Source of the DNA: Octopus vulgaris | Taxonomy: Eukaryota | Direction of reading: 5' to 3' | Assembly (NCBI GenBank): GCA_951406725.2 | Contig: OX597834.1 | Location: 21,204,001-21,268,000 of the forward strand | DNA length: 64,000 nt | Shown: in pieces, positions 14,007 to 27,975 of the stretch | Layout: each line of letters starts with the position of its first letter | How positions within the stretch are numbered: position 1 is the stretch's first letter | Program-made: the position numbers and the translations under genes | Notes under the pieces: model-generated | Databases searched by the model: none | What the model saw: only the letters and a program-made list of their open reading frames with translations | What the model was told of the DNA's origin: nothing

Positions 14007-14234
14007 GATGTGAGATGGTTAAATAGAGGGAAATAGTAGAGTTCAATATAAGGAGTTATTCTGGAAAAGGAAAGAAATAAGGAACATAGAGGGAAATAGG
14101 GGAATGAAAATAGAAATAAAAGTACATATGTATTCGAAACATGTTGCAAGTATAAAGATTTGAATAACACCTGCGTTTAACTCCATTTCTTAATTTATAT
14201 ATGTATATATATATGTGTGTATGTATGTATATAT

Positions 14235-14295
<61 letters not shown>

Positions 14296-14311
14296 TATAT
14301 GTGTATATATA

Positions 14312-14343
<32 letters not shown>

Positions 14344-14830
14344 CATACCTCTATCATCAGCTGGAGATGTAAGCCTCCAAATTGCCAGATCACAATCTAT
14401 ACTTTTGTATAATATTATATATATTAGCGATTTAATGCTTCTGTGATTGTGTGTGTGTGTGTGTGTATTCTTGTCTGTTGCCATAGAGGTGGAAGCTAAA
14501 GTGTCAGGAAGTGGTTTAGTTTGGATTCCCTGTGGATCTGGTTTCAATTCCTTGTGGGACCATTTTGTTTATTTTGTTTCACTTGCATGAAAAGCCATGT
14601 TTTGTGAAATCAATTAAGCCTATAACTTTTATACTTCCTTCCATCATCACCACCACCACCATCATCGTCATCATCATCATTGCCACCACTTTCGTCCTCA
14701 TCACTGCCATCATCAACATCATCATCATCATCAAATTTGCTCTTCCTTGCTGGTTTTGATTTTGTTATTTTTGTTCCGGTACAACATCTTGCGGCTGATT
14801 GTGGTCATTTCCATGGTATTAGCAAGGGTG

Positions 14831-15049
14831 AAGAAAGGCGGGGAGCTGGCAGGAACGTTAGCACGTCAGGCGAAATGCCGTTACGTCGTGAGTTCAAATT
14901 CCGCCGAGGTCGACTTTACCTTTCATCCTTTCGGGGTCGATTAAATTAAGTACCAGTTACGCCCTGGGGTCGATGTAATCGACTTAATACCTATGTCTGT
15001 CCTTGCTTGTCCCCTCTATGTTTAGCCCCTTGTGGTTAGTAAAGAAATA
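14831..15049 (+). mobile_element. SINE family B with about 16-bp target-site duplication
   Basis: ggtattagcaagggtg on both sides. Confidence 0.9.
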
Positions 15050-15811
15050 GGTATTAGCAAGGGTGTGAACGCTACACAGAGAGGCCACTTCAAAAGGGTT
15101 TGGGTAGGAACAAACATATTGAATGCATGTTATGTCTAAGGAATTAAAGAGGTAAAGGGCAGCCCGTTTATTTACCACAACCAGGTAACCAAAGCCCACA
15201 GTATGTCACAAATTCCTTTCTCATCAAAAACATAAAACAAAAAAAAAAAATACACAACAAAGTTGTTCTTTTTCTATTTTGCATGAATTATATATCTTGA
15301 AGTTCTTCCTGTTGCCTAATCACTTTACAGCATTGGCTGGGTGAATATTATCACACCTCCAACACTGGAGAGGTTGTCTGTCTGATGCAGGTGTAAAGTG
15401 TCCTCCCTTTGTCTTTTTAGTTTTTTGCTGGGGTGACTGTATTCCCATATGCGCTACATTTATTGCAGTTTTGAGTGAATTCAGTCATTCTCACCTAAAG
15501 TTTAAAAAAAGGGGTTGATTACCTGTTTAATGGATAGTATTGATTACAAAATAATGAAGCCAAACAAGATGGATGTTTGCCTTTTGTTTATATTTTCATG
15601 CTGCATATCACACCTCAGTCGTTGGCATAAATTGTTAATGTAATAGAAACCAGAGTTATATTTGATGTTTCTGTTTAAACCATTTTTTAGGATGATATTT
15701 GTTATGAAACACCGTGCCTATGTATTTCAGTTAATGATGATGATGCTGCTGTTGATGATGATGATGATGACGACGACGACAACGATCATGATAGTCATGA
15801 TCGCCATCATC

Positions 15812-16180
15812 ATCGTCATCATCATTTAACATCTGATTTCTATGCTGGCATGGGTTGGATGATTCAACAAGAGCTGACAAACCAGAGAGCAATACCAGGC
15901 TCCAGTCATTTGTTTTGGCGTGGTTTCTACAGCTGGATGCCCTTCCTAATGCCAACCACTAAAGAGAGTGGACTGGATGCTTTTCATGTGGCACCAGATG
16001 GGCGCTTTGTATGTGGCACAAGCACGGGTGCTTTTCACTTGACACCAGCACAGTTGCTTTTTATAAGGCACCGATGTGAGTGTTTTTACATGGTATCAGT
16101 ACAAGTGACTTTTACATGGCACCAATAGGGTTGCTTTTTAATGGTGCCAGCATGGGAGCTTTTTATGTGACACCAACATG
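15812..16180 (-). mobile_element. SINE family C, with degenerate internal repeats
   Basis: catcatttaacatc..atgctggcatgggttgga..cagctggatgcccttcctaatgccaaccac. Confidence 0.8.
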
Positions 16181-16659
16181 GGTCACCAAATAATCAAGAA
16201 TTTCTAGGGATTCAGTAAAAACTGGCTAAAATTTAACACAGCACAATTCATTCTCAATAGATTCTGGTAAATTCAAATATGATGTTGCTGATTGTTGTTG
16301 CTTTTTGTCATTGGATAACCTCTGCACTCTTTAGATGATGTGTGCTCATAATACACATGATTCATTGATGTAAGAGGGCTTTTTGAGACTCCTTGGTGTT
16401 TCAACATTTTTGTATGTCTCCTCAGTCAAACTTACCTCCAGATTAATCAAACTAACAAGTGTATTCACTTTTGTTCATAGAAATCATAAAAAAAATTATT
16501 TGTGATGCATGCTGATGTCTATAATAATGCTGATGTCTGATAATAATACATGCAGTGCAAGCAGAACAGTGAAAAGCTGGACAATAATGTATCTTTTCAT
16601 TCTCAGTATTGTTTTACTATTGGAACAGTTTCTTACATAAAAGTATAGCTTTTAACTTT

Positions 16660-17430
16660 AAAATTTTTGGCACCATATTTCTGTTAAAATACACAGGTGC
16701 AGGATTCCTTCTACTCCCTATTATTATTGTCTGCCTGATAGTCACCATTCTTCTCTTAACACCCATCTCTTGTACTTTATTCTGACACCGAGATTCTGTT
16801 GTTCAAGAAAACGGTCTTTATATCCTCCTCTTTGGTTACTTTATTTCCTATAATTAGCTTTTTTTATTGATTGACATCTCTTCGATTCTCAGAATTCGGT
16901 AGTTTGATTTTGCAGTGTAACCAATAACCTTCTCCCTCATTTCTGTTAAAATACACAGATATTAATTTTGAAAATAATAAAGAATTTAGGAAAAGAAGTT
17001 GGTGTTTGGAACATAAATCAACATATAATTTTGATGTGAGGTTTTAATTTAGGTAACTTTATTACAATGAATTTATGTCACAGAAGCAAGGGATAGTCTC
17101 AGGGAGGTTGGAATAAAAAAAGTTAAAAGGCTTCTCAGATGGCAAGCAGAGGAAACAGAGGGTCTGGTTCAAATGTTTGCTGTTCTGGAAAAAGCAGAGA
17201 AGGATCCACTTAATTCCTTCTTAACCCTTTTGTTACTATATTGTTGTTGAAATTCACTGTTTTTGTTTGGATCCATTTTGAAAATAAGGAAGAATTCAGT
17301 AGAATGACTTTTGGCATTATTAATACAGTGTTTGGGACATAAATTAACAAGAAATTTTTATGAAAAGTTTTAATTTCGATCACTTTAAAACAAGGTGTTT
17401 GTCTCATAGAATTATCTTGCAGGGAGAAGG
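16660..17430. mobile_element. Composite of two decayed piggyBac-like MITEs and a spacer, homologous to 36380-36920
   Basis: Shared spacer ctggttcaaatgtttgc..gaaggatcca.ttaatt followed by ttaacc.ttt; MITE bodies resemble 34825-35045. Confidence 0.65.
16697..16938 (+). repeat. Copy of 19461-19699 inserted between 20-bp direct repeats
   Basis: atttctgttaaaatacacag at 16677-16696 and 16939-16958. Confidence 0.85.
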
Positions 17431-17547
17431 AAAATCTGATGATTTCTGGTGCTTCTTTCACCAGAAAGACAAAGAAAGAATTTTTACATTTTTGCCAACA
17501 CCAACAACCCAGAGTTTTTCTTCATTTCCAAGGTTTTTGTTCATTTG

Positions 17548-17589
<42 letters not shown>

Positions 17590-17934
17590 TGATTATTTTT
17601 TTAACCAACTTTCCGTTCTTCCAAAATTCCCATGATAGTCCACTATTTACTCCCCGTTCCCAATCAATAAAAATGACTGTTCTAGTTTTACCATCCCGCT
17701 GCTACAGACATAGATTTATAATTTCACAGTTCTGTAATCGCCAATAATCAATAATCGTCAGATTTTGCTCTGAACATATTGTTGGAGCAGAACTGGTGTC
17801 ACTAATTTGCATAGTCATAGATTCATAGAAAGAGGAGGACAAAGAAGAGCAGGAGGAGTGGGAGGAGATGGAAGAGATGCACACATTACAGTTGTCCAGT
17901 TCCCTGAAGCAGCAACTTAATCATTTATTCTCAA

Positions 17935-18020
<86 letters not shown>

Positions 18021-18255
18021 GTATACTTATGTGTGTATGAATAAGTATGTATTTATGTGTCTATGCATTTGCATGCATGTATATACATATATGTGTGTGT
18101 GTATATATATCTATATATATTGGAAGGTTTGGAGATGATGTACAGGTATTTTATATTAGAAGAAATGAGGTACTCAGAAATTCGGATGGTTTTATATTTA
18201 CAGATATTTATTTGTATATTACATGTTTTTATACATCATATAACTTAGATCATAT

Positions 18256-18292
18256 ATTAGCGCTTTCCCCCATTCTAGTGGGGTTTTCAAAT
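18256..18292 (-). ncRNA. Degenerate minimal hammerhead motif in a repeat at about 18155-18296
   Basis: Minus strand reads AT-TTGAAAA-CCCCA-ctagaa-TGGGG-GAAA-GCGC-TA-AT; same family as 6066. Confidence 0.6.
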
Positions 18293-18297
18293 CGAAC

Positions 18298-18391
<94 letters not shown>

Positions 18392-18659
18392 TACACATAT
18401 ATATATACACAGTCACAGACACACACAGATACACACACATAATATATAAGGTGGCCAGTTCATAAAATCATTAGAGTGTTGGGTAAATTGCTTTGTAATT
18501 ATCAGTCTGGTTCTCTTTAACCTGAGGTCAACTTTGCCTTTCATCTTTGATGATTCATGTATTAAATACCAGTGCTATCCTGAGGTTGGCACATCTCTTT
18601 TTCACACCCTGTCTGTCTGATTCTTTTATTCTTTTCTTATCTTGAAGAAATTGTCAGTG

Positions 18660-18975
18660 GTCAGACCAAAAGCCTTGTGAATGGATTTGATAGATGGAAA
18701 CTGAAAGAAGCCTGTCATATATATGTGTGTGTTTGGTGTGGTTTGTGTACATGTGTGTGTTCATGTTTGCCCATCATCACTGTGTGACAACCAGTGTTGG
18801 TGAGTTTACAGTCCTGTAACTTAGTGGTTCGGCAAAAAGAGATTGTTGGAATAAATACCTGATTTTTTTTTAAAATCAGTACTGTGGGTGATTCATTCAG
18901 CTAAAGTACTTCAAGGCGGTGTCCCAGCATGGCCACACACCCATGACTGAAACAAACAAGTAAATGACAAAAGGA
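18660..18975 (+). mobile_element. SINE family A, 5'-truncated
   Basis: Matches family A core and tail. Confidence 0.8.
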
Positions 18976-19077
18976 AGAAGATATGTATATATATGTATAT
19001 ACATATATATATATATAAATAGATAGATAGACAGACAGATATGTGTGTGTATGTATATATGTATGCATGTATGTATG

Positions 19078-19122
<45 letters not shown>

Positions 19123-19309
19123 GTATGTATGTAGATGACTGCATTTGTACGTTTATATATTTGTATTTTTTCGTATATACACACACGTATATATATACCC
19201 ATGCTAGATGTCCAACCCATGCTACCATGGAAAACGGACGTTAAATGATGATGATGATGATATATATATGTACATATGTATATTTGTGTACTCACACACA
19301 TGTACACAC

Positions 19310-19790
19310 ACTTCAAACCACAGAGCATAAGCAATCTGTCTAAACTATACACCACAAGAACACCTCCAATAAATTCCAGAGTATTTCAAGGTTCAATACC
19401 TCTGTCAATACTTTACCAATTCTTCACAAAGAATTTCCTGAAGTCTCCAATAACAACACCATTCCTTCTACTCCCTATTATTATTGTCTGCCTGATAGTC
19501 ACCATTCTTCTCTTAACACCCATCTCTTATACTTTATTCTGACAATGAGATTCTATTGTTCAAGAAATCAGTCTTTATATTCTCCACTTTGGTTACTTTA
19601 TTTCCTATAATTAGCTTATTTTATTGATTGACATTTCTTCGATTCTTAGAATTCGATAGTTTGATTTTGCATTGTAACCAATAACCTTCTTCCTCATTTA
19701 ACAACTTATTCCAAGTGCATTCTGAGTGATGGCCATCCAGCAAGAAAATCCCTTCCAATTATGGTCTTTACATTTCTTCTCATCGAAAAG
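19310..19790 (+). pseudogene. Decayed non-LTR retrotransposon reverse-transcriptase fragment
   Basis: Translation SRVFQGSIPLSILYQFFTKNF resembles the LINE RT motif SGVPQGSVLSPxLYxxF; downstream frames are broken. Confidence 0.55.
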
Positions 19791-19909
19791 GCGATGAAGT
19801 AATAAACGATGTCTTCTAGATGTCCTCTATAATTAATACACGTTAATTGTTAACTATCAAAGGCAGGGAATTGGCACAGATTATGAAGTGTAAGCTAGAT
19901 GGTTTAAAG

Positions 19910-20106
19910 CAGTGGTTCCCAAATTTTTTAGAGTCGCGACCCACTATTTATCACACCAGTTTATGACGACCCACTTAACTCTACTGAATATCTCGATAGA
20001 CAGCAGTTAATCAAAGCTAATGCGTTATTTTATAACTTTTTGCGACCCACTAAGATTCCGTTCGCAACCCATCTGTGGGTCACGACTCATAGTTTGAGAA
20101 CCACTG
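19910..20106. mobile_element. hAT-type MITE
   Basis: TIRs cagtggttcccaaa / tttgagaaccactg; 8-bp TSD gtttaaag / gtttacag; subterminal gcgacccac repeats. Confidence 0.85.
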
Positions 20107-20302
20107 GTTTACAGTATTTGTTTAAGGTCACCAGCTGACAGAATCATTAGAGCACCGGGTAAAATGCTTAGTGGCATTTCATCCGTCTTTACATTCTGAG
20201 TTCAAATCCCACCATGGTGATATTAAGTTGTGGACAAAGTAACATATGAGGAAAATCGGAACAACATCATACATCTCTAAAAACCAAAACCTCTGACCTG
20301 AA

Positions 20303-20333
<31 letters not shown>

Positions 20334-20391
20334 TGTATGTATGTATGTATGCATGTATGCATGTATGCATGTTTGTATGTATGTGTATGTA

Positions 20392-20430
<39 letters not shown>

Positions 20431-20491
20431 ATGGAGATAGTGATAGAGATAGAGAGAGAGTGATATTATATATATATACATACTAACATAA

Positions 20492-20789
20492 TGTGGAGGT
20501 GCAATGGCCCAGTGGTTAGGGCAGTGGACTCGCAGTCATAGGATTGCGGTTCTGATTCTCAGACCGGGCATTGTGAGTGTTTATTGAGAAAAAAAACACA
20601 TAAAGCTTCACAAGGCTCCGGCAGGGGGTGGTGGTGATCCCTACCATACTGTTTCACCGCAACTTTCTCTCACTCTTTCTTCTTTTGGCCTGCGGGGTGG
20701 CATCATTGAAGGCTAAAACAATGCAAAGTGCATTGTGACCAGCAATGTGTAGCAACATTTGATGGCCTGGTCGGTCACGTGATCACGTG
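20492..20789 (+). mobile_element. tRNA-derived SINE family E (head 1 + tail X)
   Basis: A box tggcccagtgg, tRNA-like head, tail gtcacgtgatcacgtg; 10-bp TSD actaacataa. Confidence 0.88.
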
Positions 20790-21399
20790 ACTAACATAAC
20801 TAGAGGCTCACACAACATAAATAGAGTATGCAAAAGAAACATTAAAATGCTTGCTGTCAAATAAGACAGAATCTAATCAAAAATACCAAATAGATGGCAC
20901 CGAAACAATTGTGTTGGCACATCTCATAATCCCTCCTCAAAAACCAACTGTACAGGTTAGAAAGAAGTAGAAACAGAAGCAAAATTTACACTTTTTGTCT
21001 TTTTTTTTTTTTTGCTTTTTCTTGATATTTTGACCAAACAACGCCCTTGTCATAGCTGAAGTAAAGCAAAATGTCATTCTGACATAGGCAGAGAGACAAT
21101 GTCAAATACTGGACAGAAAGGGCGTTGTGATATTATGCAGTTAGCTGTTGTTGTATTAACTAATTAGTATCATGTAATTGCAACAGTTAGGACTTTCTTG
21201 ATGAATTTTATTTAGAAGCTGCATTTTAATTTTATCATAGAATTACATGTAAAAATATCCGTGTTTTTGCATTCTTTTTTTATATCAATTTTATTGTTTC
21301 TTTTGTCCTTTGGTTTGTTGTAATTTTGTGTTGGGTCTGAAATGCTACACAAAAGGGATTATATCTCATTCTGATGATAATTTTATACATGCATGCAAA

Positions 21400-22261
21400 A
21401 ATTTAAGCATGCATATGTAAACATGTATAAAGTCAGATATACGCAGACATTCAGATGCATGCAAATACAGACACACATAAACACATACAAAAGCAGATGC
21501 AAGTAAATACGCATGCACGGACATATAAGGAATCACAAGCTAGTACAGACATGCACATATACAAACACAAGCAAAGCAATACACTCCCACACTAACATAA
21601 ACATAGACACAGAAATATATACATACACATATAAAGATATACGAATACATATGGAAAAAGACATACACGCACACAAAGATAGCACGTGCATGGAAAACAT
21701 ATACACACTCACACACACAAATATACATGGGCAGACACAGAAATGTACGTACATATAAACATAAACACACAAACACATAGAAAAACAAATGCACACAAAC
21801 ACACATACAAATATGGTAAAACACATGCATATACAACACACATGGAAAATACATTTGCAAATATACACACGATAAACATACATTTAAAAATACACACTCA
21901 CACACAAATATAATTTACATACACATGTATAAACATAGCTGCACAAACACATAGGGAAAAATTGATTCATATATATATATATACATACACGTAAACACAC
22001 ATGCTAACGCACACATGCATATATAGACATACTCAGATAGATACACAAAAACTTGCATACACACACACATTGTTTTGCATACACACAAAAACAAACAAAA
22101 AAATGTTTCCACAATTCCTGTTCCTGTAGATGTCCTTCTTCACATGGAACCAATCCATCATTTTGGCAAAGAACTTGAATTTCCCAGTTAAATTCTAACA
22201 GCACTGCATCCCCCCAACACCAACACAACCCAAACTCATCTGCGCACACATGCACACCCAG

Positions 22262-22295
<34 letters not shown>

Positions 22296-22620
22296 ACACA
22301 CACACACACAGACATACGCGCAAGCGCATAAACACACATACACACATGCATACACACATACAGTCACATGCACATACATGCACTCACACATACACACACG
22401 CAGACATACAGACAAGCGCATACACACACGCATACACACACATACAGTCACATACACATACATAGACTCACACGCACACACATACATGCACACTCACACA
22501 CACACACATACATACAGAAACAAATTAATAAATACACACACAAACACACATGCACACACAGATATACAGAGGTAGGCACACAAACTCATGCACATGCACA
22601 CGCATACATGCCACACACAC
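21400..22620. repeat. Cryptic (CA)n/(CATA)n low-complexity region
   Basis: Direct reading, with a short unique island at about 22100-22250. Confidence 0.85.
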
Positions 22621-22854
22621 ACAATTTGATTTCGTATTCCTTCCCATCCTCTTCTATTTAAAGCAGCACTTACCCACCCGCCCATGCCTACTCCTCATCA
22701 CACCAGTTAACCTCTGACTAACACTGAGTCGGCAGAGCTTTCATTGCAAGGAATTTGAAATGAAGTTTTAATCCAATATCAGAAAGGTTTTGCTTTTTTT
22801 TTGGGGGGGGGACCAGCTGTCACCAGCTCTGATATCACATGGAACTCAATAATG

Positions 22855-22885
<31 letters not shown>

Positions 22886-23069
22886 TAAAAATAATGATGA
22901 TCAGGGTGGCAAGAGGGTATTAGGGAGGGTGGGGTAATGTAACAGCTTGAAACATCTCACAACATGGCAGAGATATCTAGATTTACGTCTGACCCATCAC
23001 TAACTGTTGCGGTTCTGTATTTTGTGCATGACTGTTGCTGTTAACAATATTGTTGTTATTGTCGATGTA

Positions 23070-23286
23070 AGGTGGCAAGCTGGCAGAAACGTTAGCCTAC
23101 AGGGGGAAAACCTTAGGGGTATTTCGCCTGCCTTTACGTTCTGAGTCAAAATTCTGCCGAGGTCAACTTTGCCTTTCATCCTTTCGGGCTCAATTAATTG
23201 AGTACCAGTTGCATTCTGGGGTCGATCTAATCGACTGGCCCCACTCCCGCCAAATTTCGGGTCTTGTGTCTAGAGTAGAAAAGAAT
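23070..23286 (+). mobile_element. SINE family B
   Basis: Matches 2967-3185. Confidence 0.88.
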
Positions 23287-23382
23287 ATTGTTATTGTTGG
23301 TGTTGTTTGTTGTTTAGCCCCAGGTTAGTTCCAGTCAGGAGTATATCATGATCAAAGACCTGAAAATATGTAATCTTCATTG

Positions 23383-23807
23383 GGATCTTTTCGGTTTGAA
23401 TGGTAGTTTTTTCTAGCGGTGTCATATGAAATTGTCACCCATAATTATGACCCTAGTATCGATCTATTGCATTTCAATCTGTTTTAGGGTTAGGATTAGT
23501 TAGGGTTAGGGTTTTGGGTGGGGTATCTTTTTTCTTCACAAATGTAAATAAACCCAATCTGTTTCTTAAACAAGGGACATATTCATACGGCACAGAATGT
23601 TTTTTACCTCAATAGAGGTCAGTGATTGGTTGAAATTGCAGAAATTGAAGAAAAAAAACAACAAATATCTTACAAACTATAGAATTTTCTCAATAAAGCC
23701 AAGAGAAAAAGATGTTTTATAAACACATTCTTCCAGTATACGAAGTTTAAAATTTTTTAGTTACCTAGAAATTATGTTAAAAACTGCCGTTCAAACCGAA
23801 AAGATCC
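23383..23807. mobile_element. MITE with GG-terminal TIRs, 8-bp TSD and internal TTAGGG repeats (Merlin-like by end features)
   Basis: TIR ggatcttttcggtttgaa..agttttt / aaaaactgccgttcaaaccgaaaagatcc; TSD cttcattg; near-identical to 49019-49438. Confidence 0.92.
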
Positions 23808-23995
23808 CTTCATTGTTCAAATGCTTTTGATTATTGGTCTGCTGGAACAGTTGGTTCGGTGTTAAAATTCAGTGACATCAAATAAGAAATACGAAGAAAA
23901 TGTTTGCTGAGGGAATGCATTTTTTATCATAGATCTGCAGGGTTAGAGCAGGCCTGGCTCTTAACAGGGGCAAAATTTCTATCACAACATCTTAA

Positions 23996-24162
23996 CCCTT
24001 TCGTTACTGTATTTATTTTGAGATGCTTTGTGTTTCTTCCAATTATTTTAAATATAACAAAGAACTAAGATTTGGTGGAAGATTTGAATTCAAAACTTAT
24101 GAAAACAAGACAGTTAGATTAAAGAGCCAGAGTCGGTTTCAGCCGGGTTGGTAACGAAAGGG
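23996..24162. mobile_element. piggyBac-type MITE, internally deleted
   Basis: TTAA-ccctttcgttac ... gtaacgaaaggg-TTAA. Confidence 0.9.
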
Positions 24163-24494
24163 TTAATATGAACAGGGATCAAAGATTAAAGGGTCTCCGA
24201 TGTCCTTCTCTCAGTTTTTGTGGGTTTAACTACGTGAATGCATCTAGTTTCTGAATAAGGTCATCTGCTAAACTATTTGTATGTCCATTGAATATCAGAA
24301 ATTGCAAATGGCTGGATCATCTTCTTTGTAAACCATCACCAAAACATCCCTGTCATTTACAAAAGTGGAATCATCCATTATATAGAGGGAAAGAATAAAC
24401 ACAAAAAGATGATGGTATTAAAACTAGCGCAACGGTATTCTTTATATTCTTCGTCTCGTAAAAGTTACAGAATAAGAAATTCATAAATGTATAT

Positions 24495-24576
<82 letters not shown>

Positions 24577-24781
24577 ATAGATATATTTATGCACACACAC
24601 ACACACACATATATATGTATGTATGTAATGTATATATACTTTATACATCCATGAATGTATGCGTGTAGATACATGACATAATAAATAAACAGATATAAAT
24701 AAGTAAATAGTTTTTTATCAACTAATTCTTGCAGTCTTTGATGTTGAATGATTCAAACAAGAACCAATATGCTTCTTGCTT

Positions 24782-24910
24782 TTCTTCTTCTTCTTCTTCT
24801 TCTTCTTCTTCTTCTTCTTCTTCTTCTTCTTCTTCTTCTTCTTCTTCTTCTTCTTCTTCTTCTTCTTCTTCTTCTTCTTTTCCTTCTCCTCCTCTACCTC
24901 CTCCTCCTCC
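24782..24910. repeat. (CTT)n/(CCT)n microsatellite
   Basis: Direct reading. Confidence 0.97.
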
Positions 24911-25239
24911 TTGTCTCGGCACCAATCTCCAGAATGGGTCTCCTACATTTTATTAAGCCATTATTACATCCAGAAATGTTTGCGTCTGACAATAGCGGCT
25001 GATACAGGAGATTCCTTAATGTCCGACGGATATTCCACAACCGGAGAACTATCCGATGCTGTATCTGTTCTCAGTATCATTTAATACCATGTGTGTCCAT
25101 TATATATACAAAATGTATATTTGGCAGACACTATTAGTTATATATTCATCTTCTTGTTTGTTTCTTTCTGGTTAATGTGTGTATGTATATATATATATAT
25201 ATATTTATAACATCATCATTGTCATTGTCGTCATCATCA

Positions 25240-26195
25240 TCATCATCATCATTTAACGTCCACATTTCATGCTGGCATAAGTTAGATGGTTTGACTGGGG
25301 CTGATAAGCTGGAGGGCTGCACCAGGTTCCGGTCTGATTTGGCATGGTTTCTACGGCCAGATACCCTTCCCAATACCAACCACTCCAGGAGTGCAATGGG
25401 TACTTTTATGTGTCAATGGCATGGATACCATTTACATGACAATGGCAATGGCCATATGGATGCCATAATATAGGCGCAGGCATGGCTGTGTGGTAAGAAT
25501 CATGCTTACCAACCACATGGTTCTGGGTTCGGTTCCATTGCATTGCACCTTGGGTGAGTGTCTTCTGCTATAGTCTCAGGCTGACCAAAGCCTTGTGAGT
25601 GGATTTGATAGAGTGAAACTGAAAGAAGCCTGTCGTATATATATATATATATATATATATATAACATCAATGGAAATTGCAGCTGTGATACCAGTACTGG
25701 TGGTATGTAAGAGAACCATCCGAACGTGGCTGTTGCCAGTGCTGCCCTGACTGGCCTTGTGCCGGTGGCACGTAAAAAGCACCATCCGATTGTGGCCTTT
25801 GCCAGCCTCGCCTGGCCCCCGTGCTGGTGGCACATAAAAAGCACCCACTACACTCATGGAGTGGTTGGCGTTAGGAAGGGCATCCAGCCGTAGAAACATT
25901 GCCAGATCAGACTGGGCCTGGTGCAGCCTTCTGGCTTTCCAGACCCCAGTTGAACCGTCCAACCCATGCTAGCATGGAAAGCGGACGCTAAACGATGATG
26001 ATGATGATATATATACATATGCACACACACACACACACTCATAAACACACACATAAACATATGCAAAGATATATATATATATCTCAGGTGAAAGCATTGC
26101 TGTGTGGTTAAGAAACTTGTTTCGCAACCTTGTGGTTTTTGTGTTCAATCCCATCCTACAGTATGGTACCTTGGGCAAATGTCTTCTACTATAGT
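25240..26195. mobile_element. SINE cluster: C(-) about 25240-25470, A head(+) 25472-25640, C(+) 25663-26006, A head(+) 26085-26195
   Basis: Each segment matches other copies in the window; the C copy ends in aacgatgatgatg. Confidence 0.85.
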
Positions 26196-27935
26196 GCATG
26201 TGTGTGTGTGTGTGTATACCCTTGTCTTGATATCACATGATTGTTGTAAATGAGTATCACTCTCATACATGCAGTGTCATGCAATTACCGTCTTTGTGAA
26301 AACAGGTTTGGCCATGTTAAAATATTGCCTTGCTTGGAAAAAGACAAGGATCAGTGATAAAAAGGGCTTCTGGCTATAGAAAATTGTGCCTTGATGAATT
26401 TCATCTGTCCCATGAAAACATGGAAACCTGAATGTTTAAAATTATGATGATGAGGATAATTATAATGACTCTTGCTATGAATTTATTTTTCAATTGAAAG
26501 AGGAGAGCTTGTACATCATTGTTTGACCTGCATGAAATAGGGACATGAAGCATAATTCCACTTGCTCCCTTGCTTCACCCCTACTCACTCAAGGGAGCAG
26601 TTTTGTTTTTATCTTGCAAGTAACATAGCAGCCTTACTTGTGCCAGTGACACAAAAAAAAAAAAAAAGCACCCAGTACACTGTGAAGTGGTTGGCATTTG
26701 GAAAGGAATCCAGCTTTGGAAATTATGTGAAAGCAGATGCTGCTGCTCAGCTCATCAATCAGATCCTGTTGAACCCTCCGATCCATGCCAACATAGAAGA
26801 CAAACATTAAATGATAGTAATGACGACAAATGATACCTTTCTCCCTCGTTACACCCCGTCTCTTTCTCTCATTAAACAAGCATCCATCCATTGCCGAATC
26901 TCCATGTTTACCTTTCGAGGCATTATCGTATTTTGATAGCAATTTAACATGAAATCCAAAAGATTATCTCTATGTGAAAGATTAATGGCTGTGAGAACAA
27001 CATGGTTTATTGATCTGTTTTTTTTTTACTTCGATTTTTCCTTCTTTCTTTTTTCTGTTAGTTTTCATCCATAAAGAAATTCTTCCTTGGCCCATTGAGA
27101 ACCAACTTTAACGGACATCGCTTTGTGTGTGTGTGTGTGTGTGTGATGTGTGTGTATAATTTCTGTTATTTTACTTCTATTTTCCTTTTTTTTATATTTT
27201 TATTTAACTTTATTTTCTTAATTTTTTTTTTTTACTTTTTTGTGTTGCTGCTTGACAAAAACCAAAAGTCTTGGAACCAAGCAACAGAAAAAAAAAAAAA
27301 TTTTTTTTCTTAAGCTCTTTTGGAAAGATGTCGAGATTACTCTGGCTACTCTAAAGAGCATGTTGGAATTGCCATTATATGGCACAAAAAGTGGGGGAAA
27401 ACATGGTAACTTGCCAATAAAATTCTTATATATTGGAAGCAATTTCATTCTTTCGCATGTTAAGAAATTGGTCTTGCGGTTTACAATTTACAGTTGTGGT
27501 TGAGGCAAAAAAAATTCTCAAAAGTCTATGATGGAACTTTTTAAGAGTTGGTGGCAGGGGCGTCTCTCTCATTATGACATGCTAGAAATAACAGCTAATT
27601 GTCCCTTGAATCGTATCTATTCTATCGTTCTAAAATTGGAAGATAAAGGCATGGTTGGGTAATTTAAGAAGTTTGCTTCTCAAACCTGTGATTTTAGGTT
27701 CAGTCCCATTGCATGGTACCTTGAGCAAGTATCTTCAACTATAGCCCTCGGCTGACCAAAACCTTGTGAGCAGATTTGATAGATAAAAACTAAAAAGAAA
27801 AAACACATCCTGTATATGCAGTCATTGTCCTTTTCTTTCCATCATTTTTTAATGTCCATTTTACCATACTTGCATGGGCCAGAGAACTTTGCCATATATA
27901 CACATATATATATATATATATATCCCAACACTCAT

Positions 27936-27975
<40 letters not shown>

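Noticed and set aside
16428-16442. Strong minus-strand donor GAG|GTAAGT
   Set aside because: No matching acceptor or exon upstream; such motifs arise by chance in 64 kb
17759-17830. miR-153-like ttgcatagtca next to a short hairpin
   Set aside because: Only 11 nt match; the 38-nt hairpin does not include it and is too short for a pre-miRNA
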